Shown one piece after another: positions 38,647 to 48,963 of a stretch of DNA of 64,000 nucleotides (positions are counted from its first letter, which is position 1; each line of letters opens with the position of its first letter). The notes beneath the pieces are model-generated. The model was not told the DNA's origin, did no database searches, and saw only the letters and a list, made by a program, of their open reading frames with translations. The translations under genes and the position numbers were made by a program. Where the stretch lies: NCBI GenBank assembly GCA_016125005.1, contig WGMQ01000004.1, positions 77,249-141,248 of the forward strand. Reading direction: 5' to 3'. Source of the DNA: a bacterium. GTDB lineage: Bacteria; Sumerlaeota; Sumerlaeia; SLMS01.

Positions 38647-39216
38647 TTACTTCGCGACGGAACGGGCTTCCTCTTCGGCGACGCGCTCGATGAAGGAGCT
38701 CTGGAGGCCACCGGCGCCGCGGTTCATGGCGACGACGCCGCTGCGGCTGATCTCGCTGATGCCGAAGGGCTGGAGGAAGAGGATGAAGTTGTCGAGCTTC
38801 TCCGGCGCGCCGATGAGCTGGAACGTGAGCGAGCCGAGCGTGTAGTCGAGCGCCTCGGCCTTGAAGAGCGTGGCGATGTTGAGCAGCTCGACGCGGGACT
38901 TCTCATCGCAGCCGACCTTGATGAGCATGAGTTCGCGGGCGATGAACCCGTTGCCCTCGCTGAGGTCCTGGACGGCGACCACTTCGACGAGCTTGTTGAG
39001 CTGCTTGCGCACCTGGTCGATGATGGTGCGGTTGCCCTTCACGACGATGGTCATGCGGGACATGGTCTCGTCATGGGTGGGGCCAACCGTGAGAGAGTCG
39101 ATGTTGAAGCTGCGGGCGGCGAACAGACCGGCAATGCGGGCCAGGACGCCGGCCTCGTTCTCGACGAGGATGCTCATCACGTGGGTTTCTTCGGTGGTCA
39201 TCGGTGCGGTCGGCAT
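38647..39216 (-). CDS. ilvN: Acetolactate synthase small (regulatory) subunit
   Basis: SILVENEAGVLARIAGLF..RSFNIDSLTVG, QLNKLVEV, RELMLIKV and RSGVVA. AAGGAG SD. Confidence 0.95.
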   Translation of the reverse strand: MPTAPMTTEETHVMSILVENEAGVLARIAGLFAARSFNIDSLTVGPTHDETMSRMTIVVKGNRTIIDQVRKQLNKLVEVVAVQDLSEGNGFIARELMLIKVGCDEKSRVELLNIATLFKAEALDYTLGSLTFQLIGAPEKLDNFILFLQPFGISEISRSGVVAMNRGAGGLQSSFIERVAEEEARSVAK

Positions 39217-39276
39217 GGCCGGTGATTCTCCTTGGGTCAAGAGTGTTGGTGTCAGGTTGCTGGCGCTCTGGCGGGC

Positions 39277-39302
39277 AAAAAAAAACCGCCGGTACCCGGC
39301 GG
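39277..39302 (-). terminator. Attenuator terminator upstream of ilvN
   Basis: CCGCCGG-gta-CCGGCGG stem followed by 9 T on the minus strand. Confidence 0.88.
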
Positions 39303-39352
39303 CGCTCTGCAATCTTTCCAGTCGGAATGGATGCAACCCGCCACCGCTGCTC

Positions 39353-39403
39353 TCAGGTGAGAGCTACGAGTACCTCAACGGCTACGGCGGCTGCAAACGT
39401 CAT
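39353..39403 (-). CDS. ilv leader peptide (16 aa)
   Basis: GAGGA SD, MTFAAAVAVEVLVALT*, with 4 Val (3 GTA) and 2 Leu codons. Ends about 50 nt before the terminator. Confidence 0.85.
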   Translation of the reverse strand: MTFAAAVAVEVLVALT

Positions 39404-39552
39404 GGCGACACTTCCTCGACAGTGGCGGGATCACAACCACGCAGGGACGGGCACGTCAACGGAAAACGGCGGGAGTAGGAGAGGGTTCTCGGGACGAAGG
39501 ATCAGAGGAACGGAATCGCCCTGAAGTGAGGGATGGCTGTGTTCCGCACCAT

Positions 39553-40614
39553 TCACTCCTCTGTCTCTGCGGGTACAAGGACCCAGACGCGCTTGAGTGG
39601 TAGTTCGGCCTGAACCTCGGCCGGAAGTCGTTCATAAGTGCGATATATCGCCTCAACAAGGTCGCGGCTGTCCCAGAGTCGCACTGTGAAGTGACTCTGG
39701 CGGGCCTCCGCGAGCACGGCCTTGTTGAATCCTCCCCAACAGACGAGGAGCCCCTGCTCGGCCTTGAAGGATTGCATGGTGCCTTGCAGGGACCGGTAGA
39801 CATTAACGTCGGCAGCGCTGGGCTGTGACTTCACCTGAACACAAAGCCGAGGCGCGTCCAGCCCGAGCGACCCCCGCCCCGCGAGAATATCGACCCCGCC
39901 GTCCGCTCCTGGGGGAGAGTTCTTGGTCACCCAACCATCCGCACGCAACACAGCCTCCACCAATAGCGAAAGAGGGTGTCCTGCGAAACGCGCCTGAATA
40001 TGGGCGACAATCTGATCGTGGGCATGTTGGACGAGGTCCGGAGCACCCTCGGGGTCCAGATCGACAGGATCAGCCATGGGCTTTCGACTCTTGCCGGGCG
40101 CGACCACGAGCGGGCCCGGGTCCGACTTACCGGAAAGAACGATGGCAACACGTCGCTCTGCGTCGTTGCGGGACACCTGACACACCGTCATGAAGGCACC
40201 GAACGAGTAGAGGAGATCCTGCTCAAAGGCGGTACGCGGAACGTCGGGTCGAATCCAATCAACGGGGCGGACATGGCGGAACCGGTTCCCAATCTTGCGA
40301 TACTCGTAGGGGCCCTTGATTCGGCCGAGTGCAATTTGCGAAGTCCGCTTGCGCGGGAGGACAACAATGTCCCCCACCTTCATCGAGATGGCGAACGCCC
40401 AGAGCTGACCGGCCTTGTTGCCGACTGCGCGCGGCTTCGCATCCACCCAATCCTTCTCGACAATCTTGGAGATATCGTCGTAGTCCTTGGCTGCCTCGAG
40501 AGAGGGGACTTCCAGAAAGCCGATCACAGCGAGGCCGCTCTCGAGAGCAAGTTCTTCATCCTCACCGCTCCCACCGGCTCGGGTCAGGAAGACTCTGGCG
40601 TTTTCAGTGGTCAT
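39553..40614 (-). CDS. Mrr-like restriction endonuclease (type IV-like)
   Basis: C-terminal DGGVD...VQVK PD-(D/E)xK motif and GGFNKA...VRLWD. N-terminal MKVGDIVVLP...RPVDW domain. Confidence 0.88.
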   Translation of the reverse strand: MTTENARVFLTRAGGSGEDEELALESGLAVIGFLEVPSLEAAKDYDDISKIVEKDWVDAKPRAVGNKAGQLWAFAISMKVGDIVVLPRKRTSQIALGRIKGPYEYRKIGNRFRHVRPVDWIRPDVPRTAFEQDLLYSFGAFMTVCQVSRNDAERRVAIVLSGKSDPGPLVVAPGKSRKPMADPVDLDPEGAPDLVQHAHDQIVAHIQARFAGHPLSLLVEAVLRADGWVTKNSPPGADGGVDILAGRGSLGLDAPRLCVQVKSQPSAADVNVYRSLQGTMQSFKAEQGLLVCWGGFNKAVLAEARQSHFTVRLWDSRDLVEAIYRTYERLPAEVQAELPLKRVWVLVPAETEE

Positions 40615-40871
40615 GGGTGCTCTCCACAGGTATTTGTCTATGTTGCTTGGGGTAGCCGCCCCGGTATCAGAATGTCGACACGGATTTGCGTCGATGTCGA
40701 AACTCCGAAGAGGCCGAATCCGGCTGTGAGGACCGGACCCGGCTGCAAGGCAACGAACGTCCTGTAAGCCAACGACTTGGCCCTCAAATCGCTGCGTCGC
40801 CCTCCCGTTTCCCTTGCACGGCCCTCGGGCTTGACGGACGCTTGAAGGCTCAATCGTCGGACGGTGCGCCT

Positions 40872-42830
40872 ATGACATCACACGCGGAAAAACTTCCCAT
40901 CCTCCCGGCGGCTTCTGGCAGCGAAAAGGCCGTCGTGGAATCCAGTCAGGGTGCCTCGATCCTTTCCCGGATCACCAGCCCCGCGCAGGTGCGCGAGCTT
41001 GATCTGGAACAACTTAAGCAGCTTGCCGCCGAGGTTCGTCAGCGGATCATCACGGTGATCGCGGAGAAGGGCGGGCACTTCGGAGCACCGCTCGGTGCCG
41101 TGGACCTGACGGTGGCGCTGTTGCACGTCCTCGATTCGCCGACCGACAAGGTGGTGTGGGACACGGGGCACCAGGCCTATGCGTGGAAGATCCTGACGGG
41201 GCGCAATGACCGCTTCGAGTCGATCCGTCAGTATCAAGGGCTTTCCGGGTTCCTGAAGCGGGACGAGTCAGAGCACGACGCCTTCGGCGCGGGGCACGCC
41301 TCGACGAGCATCGCGGCGGCTTACGGCCTAGCCGAGGGGCGCGCCCAGCAGGGGCGGAACAATCGCGTGGTGGCGGTGATCGGCGACGGCGCGATGACGG
41401 GCGGCATGGCCTATGAGGCGCTCAACAACGCGGGCCTTCGCCGGACGAACATGATGGTGATCCTCAACGACAACGAGATGTCGATCAGCGACAACGTCTG
41501 GGCCGTTCACAAGGGCCTCTCCAACCTGATCACCAGCAGTGGGTACAATCGCGTGAAGCAGGACGTGAAGTCGGTGCTCCGCACGATCATGGGGGAGCGC
41601 ATCATCCACGCGGCGCACAACCTGGAGGAGGCGGTGAAGGGCCTTCTGGTGCCGGGCCTGTTTTTCGAGGAACTGGGCTTCCGCTACATCGGCCCGGTGG
41701 ATGGTCACAACCTGGACGAGCTGGTGCCGATCCTCAAGCGCGCCGCCGAGTTGGAGGGCCCCATTTGCCTTCACGTGGTGACGCGGAAGGGAAAGGGGCT
41801 GACCTATGCCGAGGCAGACCCGATCACCTATCACGCTGCCACGGCGAATATGAAGATCGAGACGGGCGAGATGGCGAAGTCGAGCGCGCCGCCCGCCTAT
41901 ACGAAGGTTTTTGGCAAGACGCTGGTCGAGTTGGCGCGCGAGAATCCGCGCGTGGTGGCAATCACCGCGGCCATGCCCGGCGGCACCGGCACCGACCAAT
42001 TCCAGAAGGCCTTCCCGTCGCGATTCTACGACGTGGGTATTGCCGAGGAATGCGCCGTGACGATGGCGGCCGGTATGGCGGCCGAGGGACTTGTCCCCGT
42101 CTGCGCCATCTACTCGACGTTCCTCCAGCGCGCCTTTGACCAGATCATCCACGACGTGGCGCTCCAGCACCTGCCCGTTCGTTTTGTGCTGGATCGTGCG
42201 GGGCTGGTCGGAGCGGACGGACCCACGCACCATGGCACCTTCGATCTTTCCTACCTGCGCATGATTCCGGAGCTGGTGCTCATGGCACCGCGCGACGAGC
42301 AGGAGCTGCGTCGCATGACGCGCACGCTGGTCGAGTACAACGCGGGGCCGTCCGCGGTGCGCTATCCGCGCGGCAATTGCTCGGGGCGCATCGACCTGGA
42401 CGGGATGGATTATCCGGCGCTGGAAATCGGGCGTGGCGAGTTCATCCAGAAGGGCCGTCGCGTGGCCCTCATCGGCATCGGCAACATGACCCAGCACTGG
42501 ATCGAGGCGGCCCCGGACATCGAGGCGGCGCTCGGTCACGAAATCACCGTCTTCGACGCGCGCTTCGTTCGTCCGCTGGACCGCGAGGCGTTGCTTTCCA
42601 TCGCCGCCGATCACGAGTTCCTCTTCACGGCGGAGGACAACACGATCCGTGGTGGCTTCGGCAGCGCGGTGAACGAGCTGCTCAACGAGGAAGGTGCCCC
42701 GCGCCTTGCCACGGTATATGGCCTCCCCGACCGCTTTGTGGATCACGGCACGCCGAAGGAACTGTACGGCGAGCTGGGACTTCTCCCGGCCCAACTGGCC
42801 GAGCGCGTCATCCGGAAGGTCCAAGGCTGA
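40872..42830 (+). CDS. dxs: 1-deoxy-D-xylulose-5-phosphate synthase
   Basis: [47 protein letters not shown] and DGPTHHG. Confidence 0.97.
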   Translation: MTSHAEKLPILPAASGSEKAVVESSQGASILSRITSPAQVRELDLEQLKQLAAEVRQRIITVIAEKGGHFGAPLGAVDLTVALLHVLDSPTDKVVWDTGHQAYAWKILTGRNDRFESIRQYQGLSGFLKRDESEHDAFGAGHASTSIAAAYGLAEGRAQQGRNNRVVAVIGDGAMTGGMAYEALNNAGLRRTNMMVILNDNEMSISDNVWAVHKGLSNLITSSGYNRVKQDVKSVLRTIMGERIIHAAHNLEEAVKGLLVPGLFFEELGFRYIGPVDGHNLDELVPILKRAAELEGPICLHVVTRKGKGLTYAEADPITYHAATANMKIETGEMAKSSAPPAYTKVFGKTLVELARENPRVVAITAAMPGGTGTDQFQKAFPSRFYDVGIAEECAVTMAAGMAAEGLVPVCAIYSTFLQRAFDQIIHDVALQHLPVRFVLDRAGLVGADGPTHHGTFDLSYLRMIPELVLMAPRDEQELRRMTRTLVEYNAGPSAVRYPRGNCSGRIDLDGMDYPALEIGRGEFIQKGRRVALIGIGNMTQHWIEAAPDIEAALGHEITVFDARFVRPLDREALLSIAADHEFLFTAEDNTIRGGFGSAVNELLNEEGAPRLATVYGLPDRFVDHGTPKELYGELGLLPAQLAERVIRKVQG

Positions 42831-42837
42831 TCGACGG

Positions 42838-43224
42838 ATGCTTCGCGAATTTCTGAAGTCCAAGCTGCATCAGGCGCGCGTCACCGAGGCGAACCTGCAC
42901 TACGTCGGCAGCATCACCATCGACCTGGACCTGATGGAAGCGGTGGATCTGCTTCCCAACGAGAAGATCCTGATCGTGAACAACAACAACGGCGCGCGCT
43001 TCGAGACCTACGTCATCGAAGGGGAGCGCGGCAGCGGCGTGATCTGCCTGAACGGAGCGGCGGCGCGTCTTGCGCAACCCGGCGACGTGGTGATCATCAT
43101 GAGCTTTGCGTTGCTCAACGATGCCGAGGTCCGGGACCACCAGCCGAAGGTCGCGGTGCTCGACAGCGAAAACCGCATCGCCGAGATCCTCTATCAGGAA
43201 CGGGAGCGCCAGCTCCTTCGCTGA
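42838..43224 (+). CDS. panD: Aspartate 1-decarboxylase
   Basis: [19 protein letters not shown] (G/S cleavage site), NGARFETY and NGAAAR. Confidence 0.97.
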   Translation: MLREFLKSKLHQARVTEANLHYVGSITIDLDLMEAVDLLPNEKILIVNNNNGARFETYVIEGERGSGVICLNGAAARLAQPGDVVIIMSFALLNDAEVRDHQPKVAVLDSENRIAEILYQERERQLLR

Positions 43225-43232
43225 TTCGACGC

Positions 43233-45044
43233 CTACTCCGGCAGCAGGTGACCGTGCTCGCTGGAACCCATCTCCATCCCGGCGGGGAAATACTCCTTCC
43301 AACGCTTCGTGACGCGGTCCGCCACGGCGGGGTCGCAGGCAACGATGCCCGGGTACCAGGGTTTGAGGCGCGCGTCGATCACGAGGGGCCCCGTGTAGGC
43401 CACATGGGAGCGGATCACGCGGGTCTGGGCCGCGTGGAGATCCGCGGCGGGCTCGAAGCGGGTAAAGACCGTCCAGAGGAAGTTGGGCTCGGAGGCACAC
43501 GCATGGTCCGGGTCGTCGGCAAGGATCACCAGCGGCCAACCTTCGAAGGCACCAGAACGGGCCAAGGCGGAGGGGTACTCGGGATCGTCGCTGTAACTTG
43601 GGCCGCTCACCACGACGCAGCCCTTGGCGAAGACACGAGCCTTGCGCACGCCCGAGGGGACGGGGCCGCTGAACTCGCCGGGAAGCTCGCGGATGGCGGG
43701 GCCGAGGCCCACGATCACGCCCTTGCTCCCCTTGTTCACCTCGGGACCCGTGTAGTCGAGCGTATCCATCGACAGGTTGCTGAAGACGTATAGATCGGTC
43801 TCCCAGTTCACGCGCGCGAGCAGGTGCTCCAGCACGTCGCGGAACCGGCGAAGGTCCATCATGGTGTCGGTGAGCAGCAGGAACTTGGTGAGGGAGAGCT
43901 GGCCCTCGCCAAGGATGCGGAAGGCGCTTTGCAGGGCCTCGCGCGGGTAGCGATCCTTGACGACCGCGGCGGCGAGTGAGTGGAAGCCGGTCTCGCCGTA
44001 GCTCCACAGGGACTTGACCGACGGCATGACGAGCGGGAACAGGGGGCTGAGCAGTTCCTGCAGGTAATCGCCGATGAAGAAGTCCTCCTGGCGAGGCTTG
44101 CCGACGACGGTGGCAGGATAGATCGCGTCGCGACGGTGGCAGACGGCGTGGCACTTGAAGACCGGGTAGCCGTGCTTGAGCGAGTAGTAACCGTAGTGGT
44201 CGCCGAACGGACCCTCGGGGCGCCGTTCGTGCGGGGGGACCTCGCCGACGAGCGCGAACTCCGCTTCGGCGATCAGCGAATGGGGACCGACGGGATTCTT
44301 CGCGAGGGGGAGTTTCTCGCCCAGTAGCAGCGAGGCGAGCAGCATCTCCGGGACATCCTCGGGAAGCGGGGCGATGGCGGACAGGATCATCGCGGGAGGA
44401 CCGCCGACAAAGATCGTCACGGGGAGGGGCTTGTTGGCCTTCTCCGCCTCGTGATAGTGGAAGCCGCCGCCCTTGCCGATCTGCCAGTGAATGCCCGTCT
44501 CGCGATCGTTATAGCGCTGGATGCGATACATGCCGAGGTTCGGCTTCCCGTTGTGCGGGTTCTCTGTATAGACAAGCGGGAGAGTGACGAAGTGGCCGCC
44601 GTCCTCGGGCCAGAGCTTCAGGAGGGGAATGGTGGTCAACTTGGGATCGCGCTCGACGACCTCGAGTACCGGCCCCGTGCCACGACGCTTGAAACCGATG
44701 CCGAGGGCCTGTGTGAAGAGGTGACGGAAATGCCAGAGCTTGGCGGGTGTCGGCGGGAGCGCCTCCATCGCGAAGCGGGCCGCATCGGCGACGAACTTCT
44801 GGGGTCGCTTGCCGAAGGCGCGTTCGGTGCGCCGCAGCGTCCCGAAAAGGTTGGTCACGACGGGGAACGGGCTCCCCTCGACATTCTCGAAAAGGATGGC
44901 CGGGCCACCCGCCGCCACGACGCGGCGATGGATCTCGGGGATCTCCTGGTCGGTGGAAACCGGTGCCTTGATACGAACCAGTTCCCGGTCCCCATCAAGG
45001 ATCTGGAGGAACTGGCGAAGATTGCGGACGGGGGAATCGCTCAT
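43233..45044 (-). CDS. UbiD-family decarboxylase (long form)
   Basis: GPAILFENV, NLFG, NLGMYR, EGPFGDHYGYY, TVVGKP and DTLD. Confidence 0.92.
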   Translation of the reverse strand: MSDSPVRNLRQFLQILDGDRELVRIKAPVSTDQEIPEIHRRVVAAGGPAILFENVEGSPFPVVTNLFGTLRRTERAFGKRPQKFVADAARFAMEALPPTPAKLWHFRHLFTQALGIGFKRRGTGPVLEVVERDPKLTTIPLLKLWPEDGGHFVTLPLVYTENPHNGKPNLGMYRIQRYNDRETGIHWQIGKGGGFHYHEAEKANKPLPVTIFVGGPPAMILSAIAPLPEDVPEMLLASLLLGEKLPLAKNPVGPHSLIAEAEFALVGEVPPHERRPEGPFGDHYGYYSLKHGYPVFKCHAVCHRRDAIYPATVVGKPRQEDFFIGDYLQELLSPLFPLVMPSVKSLWSYGETGFHSLAAAVVKDRYPREALQSAFRILGEGQLSLTKFLLLTDTMMDLRRFRDVLEHLLARVNWETDLYVFSNLSMDTLDYTGPEVNKGSKGVIVGLGPAIRELPGEFSGPVPSGVRKARVFAKGCVVVSGPSYSDDPEYPSALARSGAFEGWPLVILADDPDHACASEPNFLWTVFTRFEPAADLHAAQTRVIRSHVAYTGPLVIDARLKPWYPGIVACDPAVADRVTKRWKEYFPAGMEMGSSEHGHLLPE

Positions 45045-45076
45045 GTGAAGCCTTCAAGCAAAGCCCGGGCCGTCCA

Positions 45077-46222
45077 TCATGCCTCCAGGACGGTGCGGCG
45101 TATATACAGCTCGATCAGGATGAGGGCCAGGAGGACGGCGGTGAGGAACACGGCGCCGCCGCTGGCGATGACGCCGCGCAGGGGCGAGGTCCGCGACTCG
45201 GGAAGGATCGGCTTGGCGAGGATGCCGAGGTCGCCGGAGACCTCCGGGTTGAGCGGGTCGGGGATCAGCGTGGCGTCGGCGGTCGTGGTGGTGAGGATCT
45301 GGCGCATCTGGCCGGCCTTCTCGCGCACGACAAGCAGGTCGCGACGGACGCCTTCCAGCTGGTTGCGCACCGCGGCGCGGTCCTTGTTGACCATCTCGAT
45401 TTCGCCGTTGGTCTGGCGGATCATCTCGTTGACGCGCTCAAGACGGGTGCGGAGCGCAGGTGTCTTGTCGCTGTTGGCGCCGGCCAGTTCCAGCTCAAGA
45501 CGGGCCTTCTCGCCGAAGAGTCCGCCAGGCATGACTTCCGCCTCGGAAGGGGCGTTCATCGTGGGGGTGGCGCTGCCGGACAGGAGCGTCTGGCGCGAGG
45601 CGTAGAGCGCGTCGAGTTCGTCTCGGCGGAGTTCCAGGTCGGTCTGCTTGGCGGCAAGCTCGGCGGCCTGCGCGGAGAATGCATCGAACTTCTCCCCCGC
45701 CGTCTTCTGAATGGCGAGGGCTTCCCGCGAACGAAGCTGGCCGAAGCGCTCGACAGAGAGGTTGGTCCATTCCTCGGCAAGGAACAGGGCGATCTCCGGT
45801 GTTTTTCCGCGTGTGGTCAGGATCACGGCCGGCGAGTAGGAGGACTGCACCGTGGTGTCGCGGGTGATGATGGTCTTCACCTTGAAGCTGCCCTTGATCT
45901 TCTCGAAGTTACCTTGGGGGTAGTCGGGGAATTTGGCGCGGGCCGCCTTGACCACATCGAGCAGGATCTCGTCCGAAGAGAGCATGTCGGGGATGGAAGG
46001 GGCGTCGACTTTTTCGAGACGAGGACCGTCGCGCAGGGACGAGGGCACGTTGCGGATCAGGAGCGTGGAGCTGGTCTCGAAGACCTCTCCCATGAAGTAA
46101 ATCGTATATGCGTAAGTCAGGACGAAGAAGATGCCGGGGGCCAGGAGGAGAAGGTAACGGCGCGACCACAGATGGCGGACAATGTCCGTTGAGGTGACGC
46201 TGGGCTGATCTTCGTTCGACAT
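45077..46222 (-). CDS. Wzz/GumC-like polysaccharide chain-length determinant
   Basis: N-terminal TM helix, periplasmic coiled coil, Pro-rich KPILPESRTSP, then C-terminal TM helix. Confidence 0.75.
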   Translation of the reverse strand: MSNEDQPSVTSTDIVRHLWSRRYLLLLAPGIFFVLTYAYTIYFMGEVFETSSTLLIRNVPSSLRDGPRLEKVDAPSIPDMLSSDEILLDVVKAARAKFPDYPQGNFEKIKGSFKVKTIITRDTTVQSSYSPAVILTTRGKTPEIALFLAEEWTNLSVERFGQLRSREALAIQKTAGEKFDAFSAQAAELAAKQTDLELRRDELDALYASRQTLLSGSATPTMNAPSEAEVMPGGLFGEKARLELELAGANSDKTPALRTRLERVNEMIRQTNGEIEMVNKDRAAVRNQLEGVRRDLLVVREKAGQMRQILTTTTADATLIPDPLNPEVSGDLGILAKPILPESRTSPLRGVIASGGAVFLTAVLLALILIELYIRRTVLEA

Positions 46223-46389
46223 GAGGGACGGCTCTCCAAGGATTCGCTTTGGCCACGGTCTAGGGGGGCGGCGAAGGGCGTCAAGGAGTTGTCTCCTCGC
46301 CGCAAGTGCCTCGTCCGCAGATTAGGTGCATGAGAGCGTGGGGATCGGGGCGGCGCCCCCCGCTGCGTCGCCGCGAATCTCGTCGTCCA

Positions 46390-46722
46390 TTATTCGCCCT
46401 CGCGGCGATCCTTCATTTTCGCAGCGTTGATCCGGGTGTGGTACTCCCGGCGGCGCTGGAGGTACTCCTCCTCGGTGAGGCCAAGGTCGACGATGACGTT
46501 GGGATCATCCTTCGTTGCCTCGAAGATCTTCTCCAGGAAGGGAATGCACCAACCACAGCCAGTCCCGGCTCCGAAGCACTCGGAGAGTTGGGACGTGACG
46601 CGGGGGCGTCGCTGGCGGATGAAGGCCTGAATCTTGTGGAGGGGGACGTGAAAGCAGACGCAGACGTTCGAGGGCCGGGGCGCCAGCTTGACTGGCGGGC
46701 GCTCGGGCAGCTCGTCGCTCAA
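46390..46722 (-). CDS. BFD-like (2Fe-2S)-binding protein
   Basis: VCVCFHV...GAGTGCGWC. TTG start at 46722 overlaps the upstream stop (TTGA). Confidence 0.8.
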   Translation of the reverse strand: MSDELPERPPVKLAPRPSNVCVCFHVPLHKIQAFIRQRRPRVTSQLSECFGAGTGCGWCIPFLEKIFEATKDDPNVIVDLGLTEEEYLQRRREYHTRINAAKMKDRREGE

Positions 46723-47267
46723 CGAAGGTACTTCCGCGCCTCTTCGAGGTCGGCTTCCACGTCGGGCTGATCCTCGTCGAGCTTTAGCGAGGCTTCCCAT
46801 GCCTTGACCGCCTCGCGGTGATCATCGCGCAGCATGTGGGCGGCCCCGAGGAGGTTAAGCGCCTCAATGTACTCAGAGTCCATGGCGAGGGCCTCGTCGA
46901 GTGTGGCGAGGACTTCCTCGTGGAGGACGGCCGCTTCGGCGCTGGAATCCCAGGCGCCGCCGGAGAGCACCTCCTCGCACAGGAGGCGGAAGGTGGCGTG
47001 TGCCTTGTAGAAATAGACCACGGGCTCGTCGGCGAAGCGATCAATGACGCGGCGCCAGAGGCGCACGGCTTTGCGGAATTCGCCCCGGTCACAAAGTTCT
47101 TCTGATTCCTCGACGAGCGCGGCGATTTCCTCGAGGACTTCGTCACTCGAGGTTTCCTCGGCTTCTTCTTCAGATTCGTCCTCGTCGTCCTCTTCGGCGT
47201 CCGACTCGAATCCGTCCTCCTCCCAGTGTTCTTCCTGCTGCTCGTCGTCTTCTTCGTAGCGTGGCAT
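46719..47267 (-). CDS. TPR protein with acidic N-terminus
   Basis: About 45-aa D/E-rich N-terminus. TPR units (ALNLLGAAHMLRDDHREAVKAWEASLKLDE). Confidence 0.8.
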   Translation of the reverse strand: MPRYEEDDEQQEEHWEEDGFESDAEEDDEDESEEEAEETSSDEVLEEIAALVEESEELCDRGEFRKAVRLWRRVIDRFADEPVVYFYKAHATFRLLCEEVLSGGAWDSSAEAAVLHEEVLATLDEALAMDSEYIEALNLLGAAHMLRDDHREAVKAWEASLKLDEDQPDVEADLEEARKYLR

Positions 47268-47328
47268 GATTGTTCAGGGCTTCCTTGTGCGGTTCGGAAG
47301 GGGAATGCGGACTGCGGAGTATGAAGGG

Positions 47329-48873
47329 TTACTGCTTGGACGGTCCGCGGAGGGTACCGTCCTCGTTCAGGATGTCGTAGGGGGTCAGATCGTAGTCGGT
47401 GACGACGATGTTGGCCCCGCGGACAGTCTGGGTTGGGACGTTGTCGGGCGCATAGAGTTCATAGCGAACGCCGGCGATGACGGTAACTTCGCCTTCGTAA
47501 CGCCGGTTCCACTCACGGACGTACTCCATGACGGCGTCGAGCTGGCTGCCTCGCCATTCCTGATAGGAGCGACGGGCGCTTTCGCGCGAATCGAGCTGGT
47601 CGAGCAGGTCGCTGACGAACTTTGTCTGGAAGGCCTCGTAGTTGCGGAGGGCTTCCAAATACTGGTTGTAGGTAACCTTGGTCTGTTCGTCCATCTGCTT
47701 GGGATCGAACACGACCTTGCCCTGACTGCCTGGGCGGGTGTCGGCGAGGGGGTTGAAGTCCGCCAGTTGATCGTCGAGGGAGCGGTTTTCGTTGTAGATA
47801 TTGTCGGGGCGTTGCGGACGTGCGCCGCCGCCATCCTTGCCACCACCGGCGTCATCAGCGAATCCGGCACCGCCGCCAGCAGCCGCCTCTGTTCCGCCGT
47901 CGGTCGCGTCGCCGGGGAAGCTGATGTTCACGCTCTCGGCATCAAACTCGGCGCCAACCAGCACGATGGTTTCACAGTACTTGCGCCAAAGTTGCACCTG
48001 ATACGCGTAGGCGTTCCATTGGACCCAATCGTCGAGATTATCGAGGCCAGCCTGGTAGCCGGGGAGTTCGCCACGGGTTCCGAGGTCTCGATAGAAATCA
48101 GTGATGGTGCGGTCGAAGGCCTCCGCCTCTTCGCGGGTCATGCTCTTGCGAACGACGGTACGAATGCCGTCGGCGCGGCGCGCTTCCATGAAGCGGAACT
48201 GGAAGAGCTTGGCGACGCCGCCACCCTCACTGTTGGCATCAGCAGCAGGGGTGTCGCCGAGGGCGAAGGGGTTTGATGAGGTCGCTGCCGCGGGGGCGAG
48301 TCCGAAGGGATCACTCGGCATGGGAGAGCCGGAGGCCACATCGGGGGTTGCAGGCGCCGGGGCAGCGGAACCGAAAGGATTGTCGCCGGCGGGGGGTGGA
48401 GCACCGAACGGCATGTCACCGCCCGGGGGCGGGGCGGGGGCCGCGGCGAAGGGATCCGCCACAGCGGAGCCGCCGCCAAAGCTGGGTGCGAATGGGTCGG
48501 GAGAGGCGGGCGGGGCCGCGGCAGGCGGTGCACCGAAAGGATCGGAACCGGGGCTGCTGGGGGCACCGCTAAAGGGATCGGCCACGGTACCTGCCGCGGG
48601 GGCGGGGGCGGCAGCAAACGGGTCCGCGGCTGCAGGTGGCGGAGCGTTGGAGGCAGAGAACGGGTCAGCAGGAGCGCCACCAGGGGCAGGGGCGGCGGAG
48701 AAAGGATCAGCAGCAGCGGGCGCTTCGTAGGGGTTGCCTGAAGCCAGGAACGGGTCGCTAGGAGCCGCCTCGGCGGCGGGCGCAAAAGGATCGGCCGCTT
48801 GTTGGGCGATCGCAGAAACGCTCCACCCAAGGGCGAGCGTCAATAGGCCGATCTGACGAGCGTTTCGTAGCAT
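47329..48873 (-). CDS. Secreted protein with N-terminal DPF-repeat low-complexity region
   Basis: GGAGG SD, signal peptide ending AIA-Q, 10 DPF + 2 NPF motifs in an Ala/Pro tract, then a helical domain. Confidence 0.8.
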   Translation of the reverse strand: MLRNARQIGLLTLALGWSVSAIAQQAADPFAPAAEAAPSDPFLASGNPYEAPAAADPFSAAPAPGGAPADPFSASNAPPPAAADPFAAAPAPAAGTVADPFSGAPSSPGSDPFGAPPAAAPPASPDPFAPSFGGGSAVADPFAAAPAPPPGGDMPFGAPPPAGDNPFGSAAPAPATPDVASGSPMPSDPFGLAPAAATSSNPFALGDTPAADANSEGGGVAKLFQFRFMEARRADGIRTVVRKSMTREEAEAFDRTITDFYRDLGTRGELPGYQAGLDNLDDWVQWNAYAYQVQLWRKYCETIVLVGAEFDAESVNISFPGDATDGGTEAAAGGGAGFADDAGGGKDGGGARPQRPDNIYNENRSLDDQLADFNPLADTRPGSQGKVVFDPKQMDEQTKVTYNQYLEALRNYEAFQTKFVSDLLDQLDSRESARRSYQEWRGSQLDAVMEYVREWNRRYEGEVTVIAGVRYELYAPDNVPTQTVRGANIVVTDYDLTPYDILNEDGTLRGPSKQ

Positions 48874-48963
48874 CCGGGTCCTCCCGCGGCAAATAGCTTT
48901 CCCAGCCTGTCGGTCGACTGTTTGACGCGGACGCCAAGATTCGCAAGCGGATTCTCCCCGCAA

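Noticed and set aside
41328-44154. ORFs 41328..42863 (-) and 42808..44154 (-)
   Set aside because: Shadow or alternative frames of dxs, panD and the UbiD-family gene.
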